From a virus (Duplodnaviria > Caudoviricetes), in IMG/VR virus record IMGVR_UViG_3300031825_000011, positions 1 through 60,647 of that record: DNA of 60,647 nt. One strand, 5' to 3'. The notes beneath the pieces were generated by a model. That model was not told the origin of the DNA. It searched no databases and saw nothing but the letters and a program-made list of their open reading frames with translations. Position 1 is the stretch's first letter; each line of letters begins with the position of its first letter. Below, piece by piece: positions 9,468 to 19,756 of this stretch. Made by a program: the position numbers and the translations under genes.

Positions 9468-10898
9468 CTGAACGCAAATACAGACAACCCACGATTGAAG
9501 AAGCGGTTGAATGTGTAACAAGGATTAGTAATAGCAGGGCAACCAGAAATCAGCAAATTGATTATTGGCGTGAAAAATATGGTGATCAGTATGCAGATGA
9601 AATTAAGTCAAAGGCAACCGTAATTTTATTGAAAAGAAAGGGTAAAAAATGAGTAACGAAGATATGACTTTAGCTAGTGAAATTAAAAACTACCTGAACA
9701 CAAATCCGTTTGCATCCACCCTGGGGGCAAGTCGTCATTTCAAATTAACCCGTACCGAATTTCGTCATTTTTGCAGCAGAACCGGCATTGAATTACCTAA
9801 AGCCATTAGCCGCCGGATCAGAGCAACACTTACACGCAAGCAATGTAATTCTTTTCAACACTGGTCAATCAACTAAGGAGTAATGATGCAAACCACACCA
9901 TTCAAACGTGCGCACATTTTCGTAAACGCAATGAACGCAATCATGTTATCAGGTATGCCGCAATATCTGCAGCGCATTGAACTTGATAACTTAGGCGCAT
10001 ATCGCTCTCGCGGTCACGGCAAGAACATCAACGTCAAGAAGCCAAAGATCAACCTTACAACCAACTGGAAACAGCGCATGGGCGGTCAGACTTGCGGTCA
10101 ACGTGAATGCGCACGCCGAGTAAAACAACTTAATGCGATGGGGAAATAACATGAAAAATAACAAACACAACACCAATGACGAACTGGTTTATATCCAACA
10201 AATCGGGCAGGCCAGCATTGAAAAAAACAAACCTTCAAAAAAGGTGTTACTGAAAAACTACATCAATGCGCTTGCGTTGCGCGTGGACTGGATCGGCATG
10301 GATAAAAAAGTAATTGAAGCTGCCGCCCGTCAAGAACTGGCGAACTGCTAATCATGACGATTACCCCTGTTAAATTGGTCAACGCCATGCGCAACAACAT
10401 CAAGCAGGCTGATGTGATGTTTATGCAGGGCAAATGCTTTCAACTGTACCTAATGCTTTCCGATTTATATCCGCAGGCGGTGGCATGGTACGAACCAATA
10501 CAGGGGCATATCTTCACCGAGATTGACGGCAAGTTTTATGACATTCAGGGCGAACATGAATCCATACCGGCAAATAGCTACCTGTTCGCAGATGAAGAAC
10601 ATACCGCTTTAAAAGATGCTTTTGATTGGGATTATAAAGAGGTGACGGCATGAGTACCCAAGCAGAAATTCACAAAAACAAATTGGAATTGCTGACTTTC
10701 ATGATCGAGCAGTTAGCAGACAAATGTAATTTTGATAATGAGCAGGTGGCAATGCTGGTCGCCGGTATGAAAACACTGGCGCAGCTTGATCCAGATAATT
10801 GCACGGTACAGCAGGCAAGGGTGATTAATCAGGCACTAGCAATTAGTACAGCATGGTCAACTGCAGATAAAACTTGCTGCGATAAGGTGGTGCATTAA
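9464..10898 (+). other. Run of short hypothetical genes (9464-9652, 9649-9876, 9883-10149, 10151-10351, 10354-10653, 10650-10898)
   Basis: Tightly packed or overlapping ORFs in the nin-like region. Confidence 0.7.
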
Positions 10899-11342
10899 TG
10901 AATACGGATCTAATGTTTTCTAGTGAAACGGATATGTGGTCAACACCACAATCATTTTTTGAACGGCTGCATAAAGTTTTCAATTTTAAGACTGATGTAT
11001 GCGCAACCGCAGAAAACACTAAATGCGATAACTTTTATACAGAAGAAGTAAACGGACTAGAACAATCGTGGGGGGGGGGTGTGCTGGATGAATCCACCTT
11101 ACGGTAGAAATATAACTGGTAAATGGGTAGAGAAGGCATACAAAAGCGCAAAAGAAAATGGCGCAACGGTTGTTTGTCTATTGCCAGCACGCACAGACAC
11201 AAAGTATTGGCATGACTACTGTATGAAAGGCGAAATTTACTACATTAAGGGCAGGCTTAAATTTGGTGGCTCAAAAGACGCAGCGCCATTTCCAAGTGCT
11301 TTGGTTGTATTTAGACCGCAAATACAGGACGCATTTATATGA
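10898..11342 (+). pseudogene. dam: Phage DNA N6-adenine methyltransferase (Dam family) split by a frameshift at G10
   Basis: D.WSTPQ..F...F..DVCA in the first ORF; WMNPPYG, LLPARTDT and GRLKF..APFPS in the second; junction at the G tract 11070-11079. Confidence 0.85.
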
Positions 11343-11758
11343 ATAACAAAACATTCATTCTACGCAGCCAATCCGTACTGGATTACTTGATTGAATACCT
11401 ACGCAGTATTGCACTAAGCGAAACGAATCCAATGGCGGTAAGAATTGGTGATGTGAATAGAACACTTGAGCAGAATGCAGCACAGTGGCCTTTACTGGAG
11501 GCCATAGCAGAACAACTTCAATGGCCTGTAGATGGTGAAATGTGCTGGCTAACCAGTGATGAATTTAAAGATATTTTGACAGCGGCTTTTAAAGGCGAAA
11601 AGTTAAGGTTGGCAAAAGGTGTAAATGGCGGTGTTGTGATGCTTGGCTTGAGAACTTCAAAGATGGGTAAAAAAGAGTTTTCAGAATGGCTTGAATTTTT
11701 GAATTGGTTTTGTGCGGATCGCGGTGTGAATATTGATAGAGATAGGAAGGCAGCATGA
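11339..11758 (+). CDS. ninB: NinB-family protein
   Basis: RTLEQNA..W..L..IA.Q..W, G.RTSKM.K.EFSE..E....F.A motifs. Confidence 0.85.
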   Translation: MNNKTFILRSQSVLDYLIEYLRSIALSETNPMAVRIGDVNRTLEQNAAQWPLLEAIAEQLQWPVDGEMCWLTSDEFKDILTAAFKGEKLRLAKGVNGGVVMLGLRTSKMGKKEFSEWLEFLNWFCADRGVNIDRDRKAA

Positions 11759-12078
11759 TTTACCGCAACCGCCGCCTGTTAGATCTAGCGCATCAAGTGA
11801 ACGAATGTCAGTTTCGTTTAGCGCCGTGCCAAGGTTATTCGCCGGACGGTTGCGAACCTGCGCATTCAAATCACTATGAACATGGTCATGGTAAGGGGAT
11901 GAAGTCATCAGACGCACAACACGTAGCGGCCTGCCCATCATGCCATAAACATTATGACGCACACCGGTTGCCAAGAACGTTGGAATTGCAGATTTTTAAC
12001 GAGGCACGTCAACGGACTTTTGAACTGTACCAGCATTCAGGCTGGTTATCTAAAGTGGGTTATAAGGGGGAACTATGA
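11755..12078 (+). CDS. Zn-binding nuclease-like nin protein (YbcO/DUF1364-like)
   Basis: C..R...C, AHSN, G.G.K..D, AC..CH..YD motifs. Confidence 0.7.
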   Translation: MIYRNRRLLDLAHQVNECQFRLAPCQGYSPDGCEPAHSNHYEHGHGKGMKSSDAQHVAACPSCHKHYDAHRLPRTLELQIFNEARQRTFELYQHSGWLSKVGYKGEL

Positions 12079-12715
12079 CTATCAGCATAGCCGAACAGCA
12101 CAGACGGATTCAGGAACATAACGCAAAGATTGCAGAACGCAATGTGATATTGAACCAGATACTTACAATATGCGACACCCCAAAGACCGCAGACCAGATT
12201 GCCAGTGCATTTAATGCTACCGGCGGTAATGTCTTTAGTCAAAACATCACCTTATTAGCGCGGCGTGGCTACTTAAAGGCGTGTGGCATGGTGCTTATTG
12301 ATAAATACCGCAAGCGTACACAGTACATCACCATAAAGTATGACTTTAATGAAGGTTACAAGACTGAAAGCTGTCAGTTAGTAGAGCGTAACCCGAACAA
12401 TCCACACATGAGAATCGTGCACGGTTCTGATCGCATCAAGTGGACACCATGCGCACCAAAAAAACAGGAAGTTCGTATTGGTTCAACTATGGGGATGCTG
12501 TCATGACTATTTATATCGAAGTAGGAAAATACAATAAAAAAAGTGAACCAACAGCTTTTTTTGCTTTTATTACAGATGGAATAACAGGCGGCATAGCGCA
12601 TAACAAAGAGATTAAATCTAAAAAGCAAAAACTGAAAATAGCTAAAGCATTGCTTGAACTCTCTTATGAACTAGAAGCAGAGGCGAGAGAGGGTGAGGCC
12701 AGTCATGCAGGATAG
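12075..12715 (+). other. Two hypothetical genes (12075-12506 wHTH-like; 12503-12715)
   Basis: Overlapping ATGA-coupled ORFs. Confidence 0.6.
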
Positions 12716-13139
12716 CAAATATCTCATTGTGGGCATTGACCCTGATATTCATAAAAGCGGCGTGGCCTTTCTACATTGCCATAACAAGCGCATTGAATAC
12801 TCATGTTTAAACTTCGTGGAAACCTTGAAGTTTATCCGCACCAATAAGGAAGTCATCAAGCGTGTGTATATCGAAGCAGGCTGGTTTAACAAGAAAGCTA
12901 GTTGGCACGCTGCCGAGAATATGAAGGTCGCTGCCAGTATTGGTAAAAGGGTTGGTTCTAATCATGCAGCAGGTCAACTACTGGCGCAATGTATTGAGGA
13001 CGAACAGGTGAAGGTCATTCTGGTGCGCCCGACAAGCAAGAAACTTAATGCAGAAGAATTTAAAAAACGTACAGGCATCAAGACGCGCACGAATCAAGAC
13101 CAGCGTGACGCGATACTTCTTATACACGGAATGGAGTGA
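12693..13139 (+). CDS. RuvC-like Holliday junction resolvase
   Basis: IVGIDPD...SGVA, YIE and RDA..L acidic motifs. Confidence 0.7.
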   Translation: MRPVMQDSKYLIVGIDPDIHKSGVAFLHCHNKRIEYSCLNFVETLKFIRTNKEVIKRVYIEAGWFNKKASWHAAENMKVAASIGKRVGSNHAAGQLLAQCIEDEQVKVILVRPTSKKLNAEEFKKRTGIKTRTNQDQRDAILLIHGME

Positions 13140-13666
13140 TTATGGCAGTCGGTGACGTAAACAGTGACGCAAAAGGTTCAGGGGCTAGGTTTAATACGGG
13201 CAAAGTGCCGGTGGAATTATTGCCATTTCGCATACTGGCCTTAACTACTGAACAAGACACGGTTAAAGAAGCGTTTTATAAATTAGATGCTTATCAGTTT
13301 TCAGGTGATGTGCGTTTTCTGCAATCACTTTTTCAGGACTTGCAGCATCATTGGACAGATTGCGCTTGGGTATTTGACTACGGAAAGCGCAAATATTCAG
13401 AGTGGAACTGGTTGCGCGGAATGAGTTGGTCAATACCGCTGGCCTGCGCCGGTAGGCATTTGATGAAGTTGCGCGATGGGGAGTTGCTGGATGAAGAATC
13501 CGGACTGTCACATTGGGGTCATGTGATGTGCAATTTGGTAATGCTGATCATGTACGCCGAAGTTTACCCAGAAGGTAACGATTTACCGAAGAAGCCCAAA
13601 TCAGATTTTCTTGCTCAAGAGATTATTGAAACTATGCGGAAAGATAGATCATGCAGACCAAACTAG
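13136..13666 (+). CDS. dATP/dGTP diphosphohydrolase-domain protein (DUF5664-like)
   Basis: GARFNTGK, YG..KY..WNW..GM, RHL, D.ESGL.H..H..CN motifs. Confidence 0.8.
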   Translation: MIMAVGDVNSDAKGSGARFNTGKVPVELLPFRILALTTEQDTVKEAFYKLDAYQFSGDVRFLQSLFQDLQHHWTDCAWVFDYGKRKYSEWNWLRGMSWSIPLACAGRHLMKLRDGELLDEESGLSHWGHVMCNLVMLIMYAEVYPEGNDLPKKPKSDFLAQEIIETMRKDRSCRPN

Positions 13667-14658
13667 GTTCATTCATTGAAACGCTTGTGAATATTGCCAT
13701 TGGCTTCACGATTAACTGGATCGCCAATATGTTCATCTTGCCGATGCATGGTTTTAAAGTCACCGGCGGTCAGGCATTCAGCATGGGCTTAATCTTTACT
13801 GTCATATCGGTGATCCGCAGCTACAGTGTGCGCCGGTGGTTTAACAGTTATATCGTCAAGGCCAGCACGGTCATTGCCAAAGAAATTGAACATGAAGTCA
13901 AAACACACTAGATAAAGGGGAACGGTCATGCTAGAAATAATCAGTATTGCAGTATTAATGGCGTTTGCTTATGTATCGGCAGTGATTAGATGCCGTAAAA
14001 CCTATGAACAAGACGCTGCCATGTTGCGCAAGTTTTACCTAAAACAGTTACATGACTACATTGACCAAGACGATTGGACGGACTTTGACATATACAGACC
14101 GCTTAGAGTTGGCTTTTATTTGGTACTGGCAGAGGGCGCACAACGTCATGAAAGCAGGGTACACAAAGCTATGTATTCGCCATTTTACAAAAACTTTATC
14201 AATGAAAGCGGCGTGATTGTGCCGTATAAAGTTACACACTTTAAGGAAATACCGGCTAAACCTAAACATAAGGCAGGAGTTTAATCATGGATAACACTAA
14301 CACGCCAGTAAAGTTTGAAGATGCAGTTAAAGCTAGGTTAAAAGGTATTGTTGCTGAATTAATCCCCGAAGATCGTTGGGATGAATTGGTCAAGCGTAGT
14401 GTGCAGGAATTTGAACAGCAGGAATTGCCAAAATTGGTTAAGTCTGAATTGACTGAAATGTTTAAAGCACAGATACAGGCGCAACTAGCCAGCCCAGATT
14501 ATCAGGCCAAATACGGAATTGATGGGCGCTTATTGGCCTCGGATATGGTAAGCAAACTAATTCAAGAGCAAGCACCGTTAATACTGGCGCAGGTCATTGG
14601 CGGTTCGGTGCAGGCAACAATATGGCAACTGCAAAATAGTGTTTCTAATTACAGGTAA
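13651..14658 (+). other. Small membrane protein (13651-13911) and two hypotheticals (13928-14284, 14287-14658)
   Basis: ORFs with RBSs; the first has two TM segments and an S..RSY.VRR.F motif. Confidence 0.65.
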
Positions 14659-14679
14659 CAAACGGGGGGGGGTGACTAA

Positions 14680-15153
14680 ATGAGAGAAGCATTTGCGCAT
14701 ACATTACGAAGTTCGTTGACGTGGGATGATAGTCATCATGAACGTGCAATCGACAAGCTAACCGCATTCAGTTACGCAGACCGTTTATCTACTTTGTTAT
14801 GGCGGCTTAAATACGGTAATGATTCTAGTGCCTACAAGCCCGTGATATTCCTGTTAGCCAAGACACTCAAGCCATTAAACCGCAATATATCCATCAAAAT
14901 CGCAGAACAGGCTATACACGAATGGCTATTCCCATTATGCCCGACCTGCCAAGGTACTAAAGAACGTATGGCTGGTGAATTGCGCGTAGTGTGCCGCGCC
15001 TGCAGCGGTGTCGGTGTAAACAGATTTTCAGACCGTGAGCGTGAATTAAAAATAGGCGGTCATTTCCCTAAACAGATCCAAAACTTGCATAACCTGATTA
15101 CCGGCAGCGATATAAAGCCTGGGTGTGAAATGCGGAAGCGGTTGGGGAAATAA
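14680..15153 (+). CDS. Late antitermination protein Q-like (Zn-finger type)
   Basis: L.RLKY, A..EW...CPTCQG...CRACSGVG; position upstream of the late region. Confidence 0.65.
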   Translation: MREAFAHTLRSSLTWDDSHHERAIDKLTAFSYADRLSTLLWRLKYGNDSSAYKPVIFLLAKTLKPLNRNISIKIAEQAIHEWLFPLCPTCQGTKERMAGELRVVCRACSGVGVNRFSDRERELKIGGHFPKQIQNLHNLITGSDIKPGCEMRKRLGK

Positions 15154-15156
15154 GCT

Positions 15157-16082
15157 ATGGACAAATATGATTTAGGTTTTTGTCTTTTACTTGTATTAAT
15201 TGCATCCTCTTTGATGTTTATATTTCAAGTGGCAATTCATAAGATTGCAGATGAAAAGAGGCTATGTCAAAAGGTTGGCGGTATTTATCTAAGAACGTAC
15301 GAAGGACTAAGGTGCGTAAAAGATAATGAAATTATTGATGTTAGACCTATAAAGGAATAAACCATGAGCATTAAACAGGAAGATCAAGATACTTTGTTGC
15401 ATTTACTTAGAAATCCAGATGGATGGTCAGACGAAGTAATCCGTGATGCGCGACAAAAGGCCGCGAATGAATTGGAAAGGCTTTGGAAACAAGAAATAAC
15501 AATGAAACATATTGCACTAAACATTGGCGGCGCGTTAGCTGCTAAATAGAAAGGTAAACCATGACCATTTATGTAACCATGATTGATGATAGGCACACTG
15601 GATCGCAAGCATATTTGTTTTCAACTGCAGAAAAAGCTATTGCTTATGCTCATAGCGTGTTAGAAGAAAACAAAGTTAGTGCCGAGTACGTTGACCCTGA
15701 CGACCTTTTTATGAATGAAGAAGAATTGAATTGTGCAGGCTGGTTATTTTATGGCTGCTACAGTACAGAAGGCGATTGCGTTTGGGTAACATCGTCTGAA
15801 ATTGATGCGGAAGGATAAACAATGACCATTGAACATACATTCAACGAATTTACCGAAGGTAAGAATCTGGACACTAACCCATTTCAGCAAGAGGACGGCA
15901 AGCTATACCTACGCTATGACGGCCTGCTGATAAGAAATAATGACGAAGGCGGTGTCAGTGTAGGCTTTAATTGGAAAGGTGAAACTCCGGTATGGTTGCC
16001 TATACCAGAAGTGCGCATTGAGAATAATGCGATTATTAATATCCAGGGCATTGAAGGTCGGCAGAAGATTGATGTGGAATAG
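15157..16082 (+). other. Four short hypothetical genes (15157-15360, 15364-15549, 15561-15818, 15822-16082)
   Basis: Closely spaced co-oriented ORFs, most with RBSs. Confidence 0.6.
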
Positions 16083-16214
16083 TAGCTGGTATAAATAACC
16101 GTTGTAATTATTTTTTAGTCATGTTAAAACGAATCAAGCTGATAAATATACGGGTTATCCGTATGACAACAAAAAACGCCTTTTTTATTTTCTTATAAGG
16201 ATAGGTGCGTCTTA

Positions 16215-16742
16215 ATGCCAGGGTTTAAGTGTGTTGAATGTGAGTGTTTAATCACTGGACTTAGAAAAAATCCTTACGCAAGGTTTCATGGCATGAAGTT
16301 ACTCTGCGAACCATGTAAGAAAGCTATTGAGAAAAAGGCGAATGATTATTTAGCGGAATCTACGCTAAAGGAAATAGAACGAAAAGAACGAAGCATGAAT
16401 ATTATTTATGCTGCTGAAATGCAAATAAAAGGATGGCATACTAAAAAAATGCTTGCTTTTCATGCCGCAAAACGCAGGGCTAGAATAAAAAACGCAGACG
16501 GATTATATACGGCAGAAGATATAGAATATTTACTGCGTATGCAAAATTACCAATGTGTTGCCTGTGATATTGATATTGCAGAAAATTACCATGTTGATCA
16601 TATTTATGCTTTGTCGGCTGGTGGCAGTAATGATAAAAGCAACATTCAACTGCTGTGTCCACAATGTAATTTAAGAAAAAATAAGCAAGACCCGATATTA
16701 TTCTTGCAGAGGCATGGTCTTAATACCTACTGCAGAATATAG
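16215..16742 (+). CDS. HNH endonuclease
   Basis: CVAC...HVDHI.ALS.GG.N...N.QLLCPQCN..K. Confidence 0.88.
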   Translation: MPGFKCVECECLITGLRKNPYARFHGMKLLCEPCKKAIEKKANDYLAESTLKEIERKERSMNIIYAAEMQIKGWHTKKMLAFHAAKRRARIKNADGLYTAEDIEYLLRMQNYQCVACDIDIAENYHVDHIYALSAGGSNDKSNIQLLCPQCNLRKNKQDPILFLQRHGLNTYCRI

Positions 16743-16823
16743 CCGAGCCGAAAGGCGGTTAGGATAACGCGGCAGAAAAGGAACTGTTATCGAGTACGGT
16801 GCGCTTTCAGTAGGAAGCACCAT

Positions 16824-16850
16824 AAAAAGCCCCTTAATTGGGGCTTTTTT
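16824..16850 (+). terminator. Intrinsic terminator
   Basis: AAAAAGCCCC-TTAATT-GGGGCTTTTT. Confidence 0.8.
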
Positions 16851-16916
16851 ATTTATATTCAAATGGGTTAGCTAACCACCCATTTCAAGGTTTAGCACTA
16901 TCTGAGGTAAAACCAG

Positions 16917-17063
16917 ATGAAAAACATTGATGATGCAATAGAAACTTTAACCAAAAAAATCACAGATGATATTAAAGGTGATGACGCTTTAAAGCTGACG
17001 CAAGCCGCGCTTAATTTAGCGCATACGGCACAAGTTTTAAACCAGGTTAAAGCCACTAAATAA
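16917..17063 (+). CDS. Small helical protein (48 aa)
   Basis: GAGGT RBS; MKNIDDAIETLTKKITDDIKGDDALKLTQAALNLAHTAQVL... Confidence 0.6.
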   Translation: MKNIDDAIETLTKKITDDIKGDDALKLTQAALNLAHTAQVLNQVKATK

Positions 17064-17081
17064 GCAGTTATTTTCTGTATC

Positions 17082-17104
17082 AAGCCCCTTAATCGGGGCT
17101 TTTT
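17082..17104 (+). terminator. Intrinsic terminator, near-copy of the one at 16824
   Basis: AAGCCCC-TTAATC-GGGGCTTTTT. Confidence 0.8.
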
Positions 17105-17288
17105 GCTTTTCAACACTATGAGAGCTGGCTTACATCGTAGGTGGCATATTGCAGATGGTAGCTTGTGACTGGCGAACACTTAACAGAATCAGCTTGCCTT
17201 ACACACTTCTACACAATTTATCTCGGTTACAACCGACACAATCAGCACGACAAGTATTGCCAAACGTGCGCTGGACGCTGTAACCAGC

Positions 17289-17382
17289 ACCTATACGCAT
17301 GATTATTGCGCGGAAATTAGAGATATGGGGGTAGCCGATACCTATCTCGCGGCCAAACCAACCAGTAATCAGCCGTATAGGT
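17289..17382 (+). ncRNA. Putative structured RNA element, copy 1
   Basis: ACCTATACG-CA-TGATTATTG pairs with CAGTAATCA-GC-CGTATAGGT. Confidence 0.5.
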
Positions 17383-17595
17383 ATGTTCTAGGCATAGCCT
17401 ATAAGCGATTGCTCACGCTAAATAGCAAAGTACAAGCCTGTGGTGGAAACCCGAATGAAACGAAAGCGATTAGACAACGCTTGGCAGGAAAATCTAACGG
17501 TGGCACACGTAACGGCTAATCAATTCCAATCCGCTACTGCGGTGATTATGCCCTTCGAGGCATTGTGTTGGCAGATCACATAAAAATACTGCCTA

Positions 17596-17713
17596 GTATT
17601 CATACGCATGATGATTTAAAGCAAGATTAATTTCTGCGCTGGACTGGTACACCAAACTCTATGCTAATAAGTGCTAGGCATAACCATACCAAAGTCATCA
17701 GCCGTATGAGTAC
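17596..17713 (+). ncRNA. Putative structured RNA element, copy 2
   Basis: GTATTCATACG-CA-TGATGATTT pairs with AAGTCATCA-GC-CGTATGAGTAC; compensatory changes relative to copy 1. Confidence 0.5.
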
Positions 17714-18040
17714 GACACCCGTTATTCACTACCTCATACATCAGCAGGACACAAATTCCAGTGGTGAATGTATTGCCGCATAGTTGTGGCGCATAAGAAT
17801 AACCAGCCTGTCAAACCCCGTCAGCATATACCAGCATGGGGAGTTGAAAGCGATAGTATCTTGTGAAAAACCAAGAAGCGGACAACTTTAAACCGTGAGG
17901 ACTTACTCATACCAACTCTGCAAGGGTACGCCCGATCACACGCAGATACGCCTTCAAGCCCCTGACGAGGATAGCTTACAGCCTGTGCTGCTGATGGCGT
18001 GAGAAGCACATACCTATTCACCACCCATAAGGGGGTCATC

Positions 18041-18385
18041 ATGAAGAAGTTATTACTGGCTTTGATGTTATTAGCAGTTTCAACCGTAGCAAGTGCAGAT
18101 CATAAATACCTGTCATATATGTACAACGACAATGTAAAAATCACGATTACCAATGTTGAATGTACATTGCCTAAGATTAAAGAACAGTATCAGTGGGTAG
18201 TGTTCGCCAAACGGTCAGACAACAACACGGCATTAATTGGTTGTTATAAAAAGCAGGACGAAAATATGCTTGAAGTTCAATGGCTGGATGGCGATATAAG
18301 TGTATTTCCTGCCAACGTATTTCTAGTTGATCCCATGACTGGTAAATATGTTAAGCCTGGTAGTGCTAGGCGCATAGAAATCTAA
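18041..18385 (+). CDS. Secreted/periplasmic hypothetical protein
   Basis: Signal peptide MKKLLLALMLLAVSTVASA; GGGGG RBS. Confidence 0.7.
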   Translation: MKKLLLALMLLAVSTVASADHKYLSYMYNDNVKITITNVECTLPKIKEQYQWVVFAKRSDNNTALIGCYKKQDENMLEVQWLDGDISVFPANVFLVDPMTGKYVKPGSARRIEI

Positions 18386-18387
18386 CC

Positions 18388-18840
18388 ATGATCCGTGTTG
18401 TCATTGATTCCAAGATTAGCGGCGATGATGGCACGTTGAGTGTGATAGTCGTGCCGGAACTGAAATGGCAGGCTTACACCCTTGAATTACCCTGGCGCGA
18501 TAACAAAAACAACCTGTCATACATACCCGAAGGTGTCTATCAAGTGCGCTGGACACGTTCACCAAGACTTAGCCGCAAATACAAGCGCGACTATTACACC
18601 TACGAAATATTGAACGTACCCAAGCGCGGCGGCATACGCCTACACAGTGGCAACCTTGCCGGTGATGTAGAAAAAGGCATGATCACACACTCACTTGGTT
18701 GCCCGTTAATCGGCTATCAGGTCGGGCGCATGAATAATCAGAAGTGCATCATGGTATCTAAACCAGCTACACGGGCATTTGAAGCATTGCTGAATAAGCG
18801 CCCATTTGAATTAGAGGTGAAACGCAATGGACTTACTTAG
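18388..18840 (+). CDS. DUF5675-family protein, probable endolysin
   Basis: TLELPW..N....S.IP.G.Y, IRLHSGN...HS.GC.LIG motifs; adjacent to a holin-like gene. Confidence 0.7.
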   Translation: MIRVVIDSKISGDDGTLSVIVVPELKWQAYTLELPWRDNKNNLSYIPEGVYQVRWTRSPRLSRKYKRDYYTYEILNVPKRGGIRLHSGNLAGDVEKGMITHSLGCPLIGYQVGRMNNQKCIMVSKPATRAFEALLNKRPFELEVKRNGLT

Positions 18841-19414
18841 CATAGGCGGTGGATTATTAAGCGCGGCAACCGGCGGCGGTCTTTTTGGTGTACTTGGTGG
18901 CCTGATTCAAAAAGGCTTGGACGCATACCATCAGAAGAAACAGGCTGAACTTGATTTAGCCATTCTGAAAGAAAAGAACCTGCACGAACTGGCTTTACGC
19001 GATAAAGACCTAGTGCTAATGGAAATGGAAGCGAAGAACGGCCTTGCACTAGCAGGCTTAAATGCTGAACGTGACATTACCGTTGCCAGTTACAACGCCT
19101 TACATGATTCATACGAAGCTGATAAGTCTAGTTATGCTACCGGCGACAAAGCAAAAAACTCCAAGCTATTCATCTGGGTTGACTTCGTGCGCGGCATGAC
19201 GAGGCCGGTGATTACTTTTTACATGGCGATCCTGTTCACAGTGATTTGCTCTTACATCACATGGCAAGTATTCCATTACGTGCCAGAACTACTTAAAGAA
19301 CCTACATTTTTGGTGACAGCTTTCCTGCAACTGATGGAAGCAACCATCTTTATGACCACAACCGTCATTCTTTGGTGGTTCGCGGCGCGTGGTATTCCAT
19401 TCAAGTCTAAATAA
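18827..19414 (+). CDS. Holin-like membrane protein (3TM holin type)
   Basis: Gly-rich hydrophobic N-terminus, coiled coil, VDFVRG.TRP.IT, two TMs and WWF..R ending. Confidence 0.7.
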   Translation: MDLLSIGGGLLSAATGGGLFGVLGGLIQKGLDAYHQKKQAELDLAILKEKNLHELALRDKDLVLMEMEAKNGLALAGLNAERDITVASYNALHDSYEADKSSYATGDKAKNSKLFIWVDFVRGMTRPVITFYMAILFTVICSYITWQVFHYVPELLKEPTFLVTAFLQLMEATIFMTTTVILWWFAARGIPFKSK

Positions 19415-19441
19415 CCAACCAACAATCATGGAAAGCACATC

Positions 19442-19741
19442 ATGAGCATATCAAATCCAAGCGTGACCGGTGAACGGCGTAAACACGATGACAGTAAATG
19501 GGTACTGGATAAACATATCCCCGTCACCATTCTGATTGTATTCATTAGCCAGGCTGCAGTGTCGCTCTGGTGGGTAGCAACGTTCACCACAAAAACCGAT
19601 TTGCGCATTGAAGCGCTAGAGAAACAAACGGTTGCCTTAAATCTGTTACCGCAACGCATGGCGGCAGTCGAAGCGCAACTAATCGCATCTAACCAACTTT
19701 TACGTGACATACGGGATGACCAGCGTAGTAAAAATAATTAA
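19442..19741 (+). CDS. Single-TM coiled-coil protein (lysis accessory?)
   Basis: W.LDK.IP + TM + heptad repeats. Confidence 0.55.
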   Translation: MSISNPSVTGERRKHDDSKWVLDKHIPVTILIVFISQAAVSLWWVATFTTKTDLRIEALEKQTVALNLLPQRMAAVEAQLIASNQLLRDIRDDQRSKNN

Positions 19742-19756
19742 ATAAGGAGTGCCATC

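Noticed and set aside
17325-17519. 64-aa ORF in the late leader
   Set aside because: Starts inside a stem-loop, has a weak RBS and unremarkable composition
16743-18040. tRNA genes or a CRISPR array in the late leader
   Set aside because: No T-loop/cloverleaf with CCA found and no regularly spaced identical repeats
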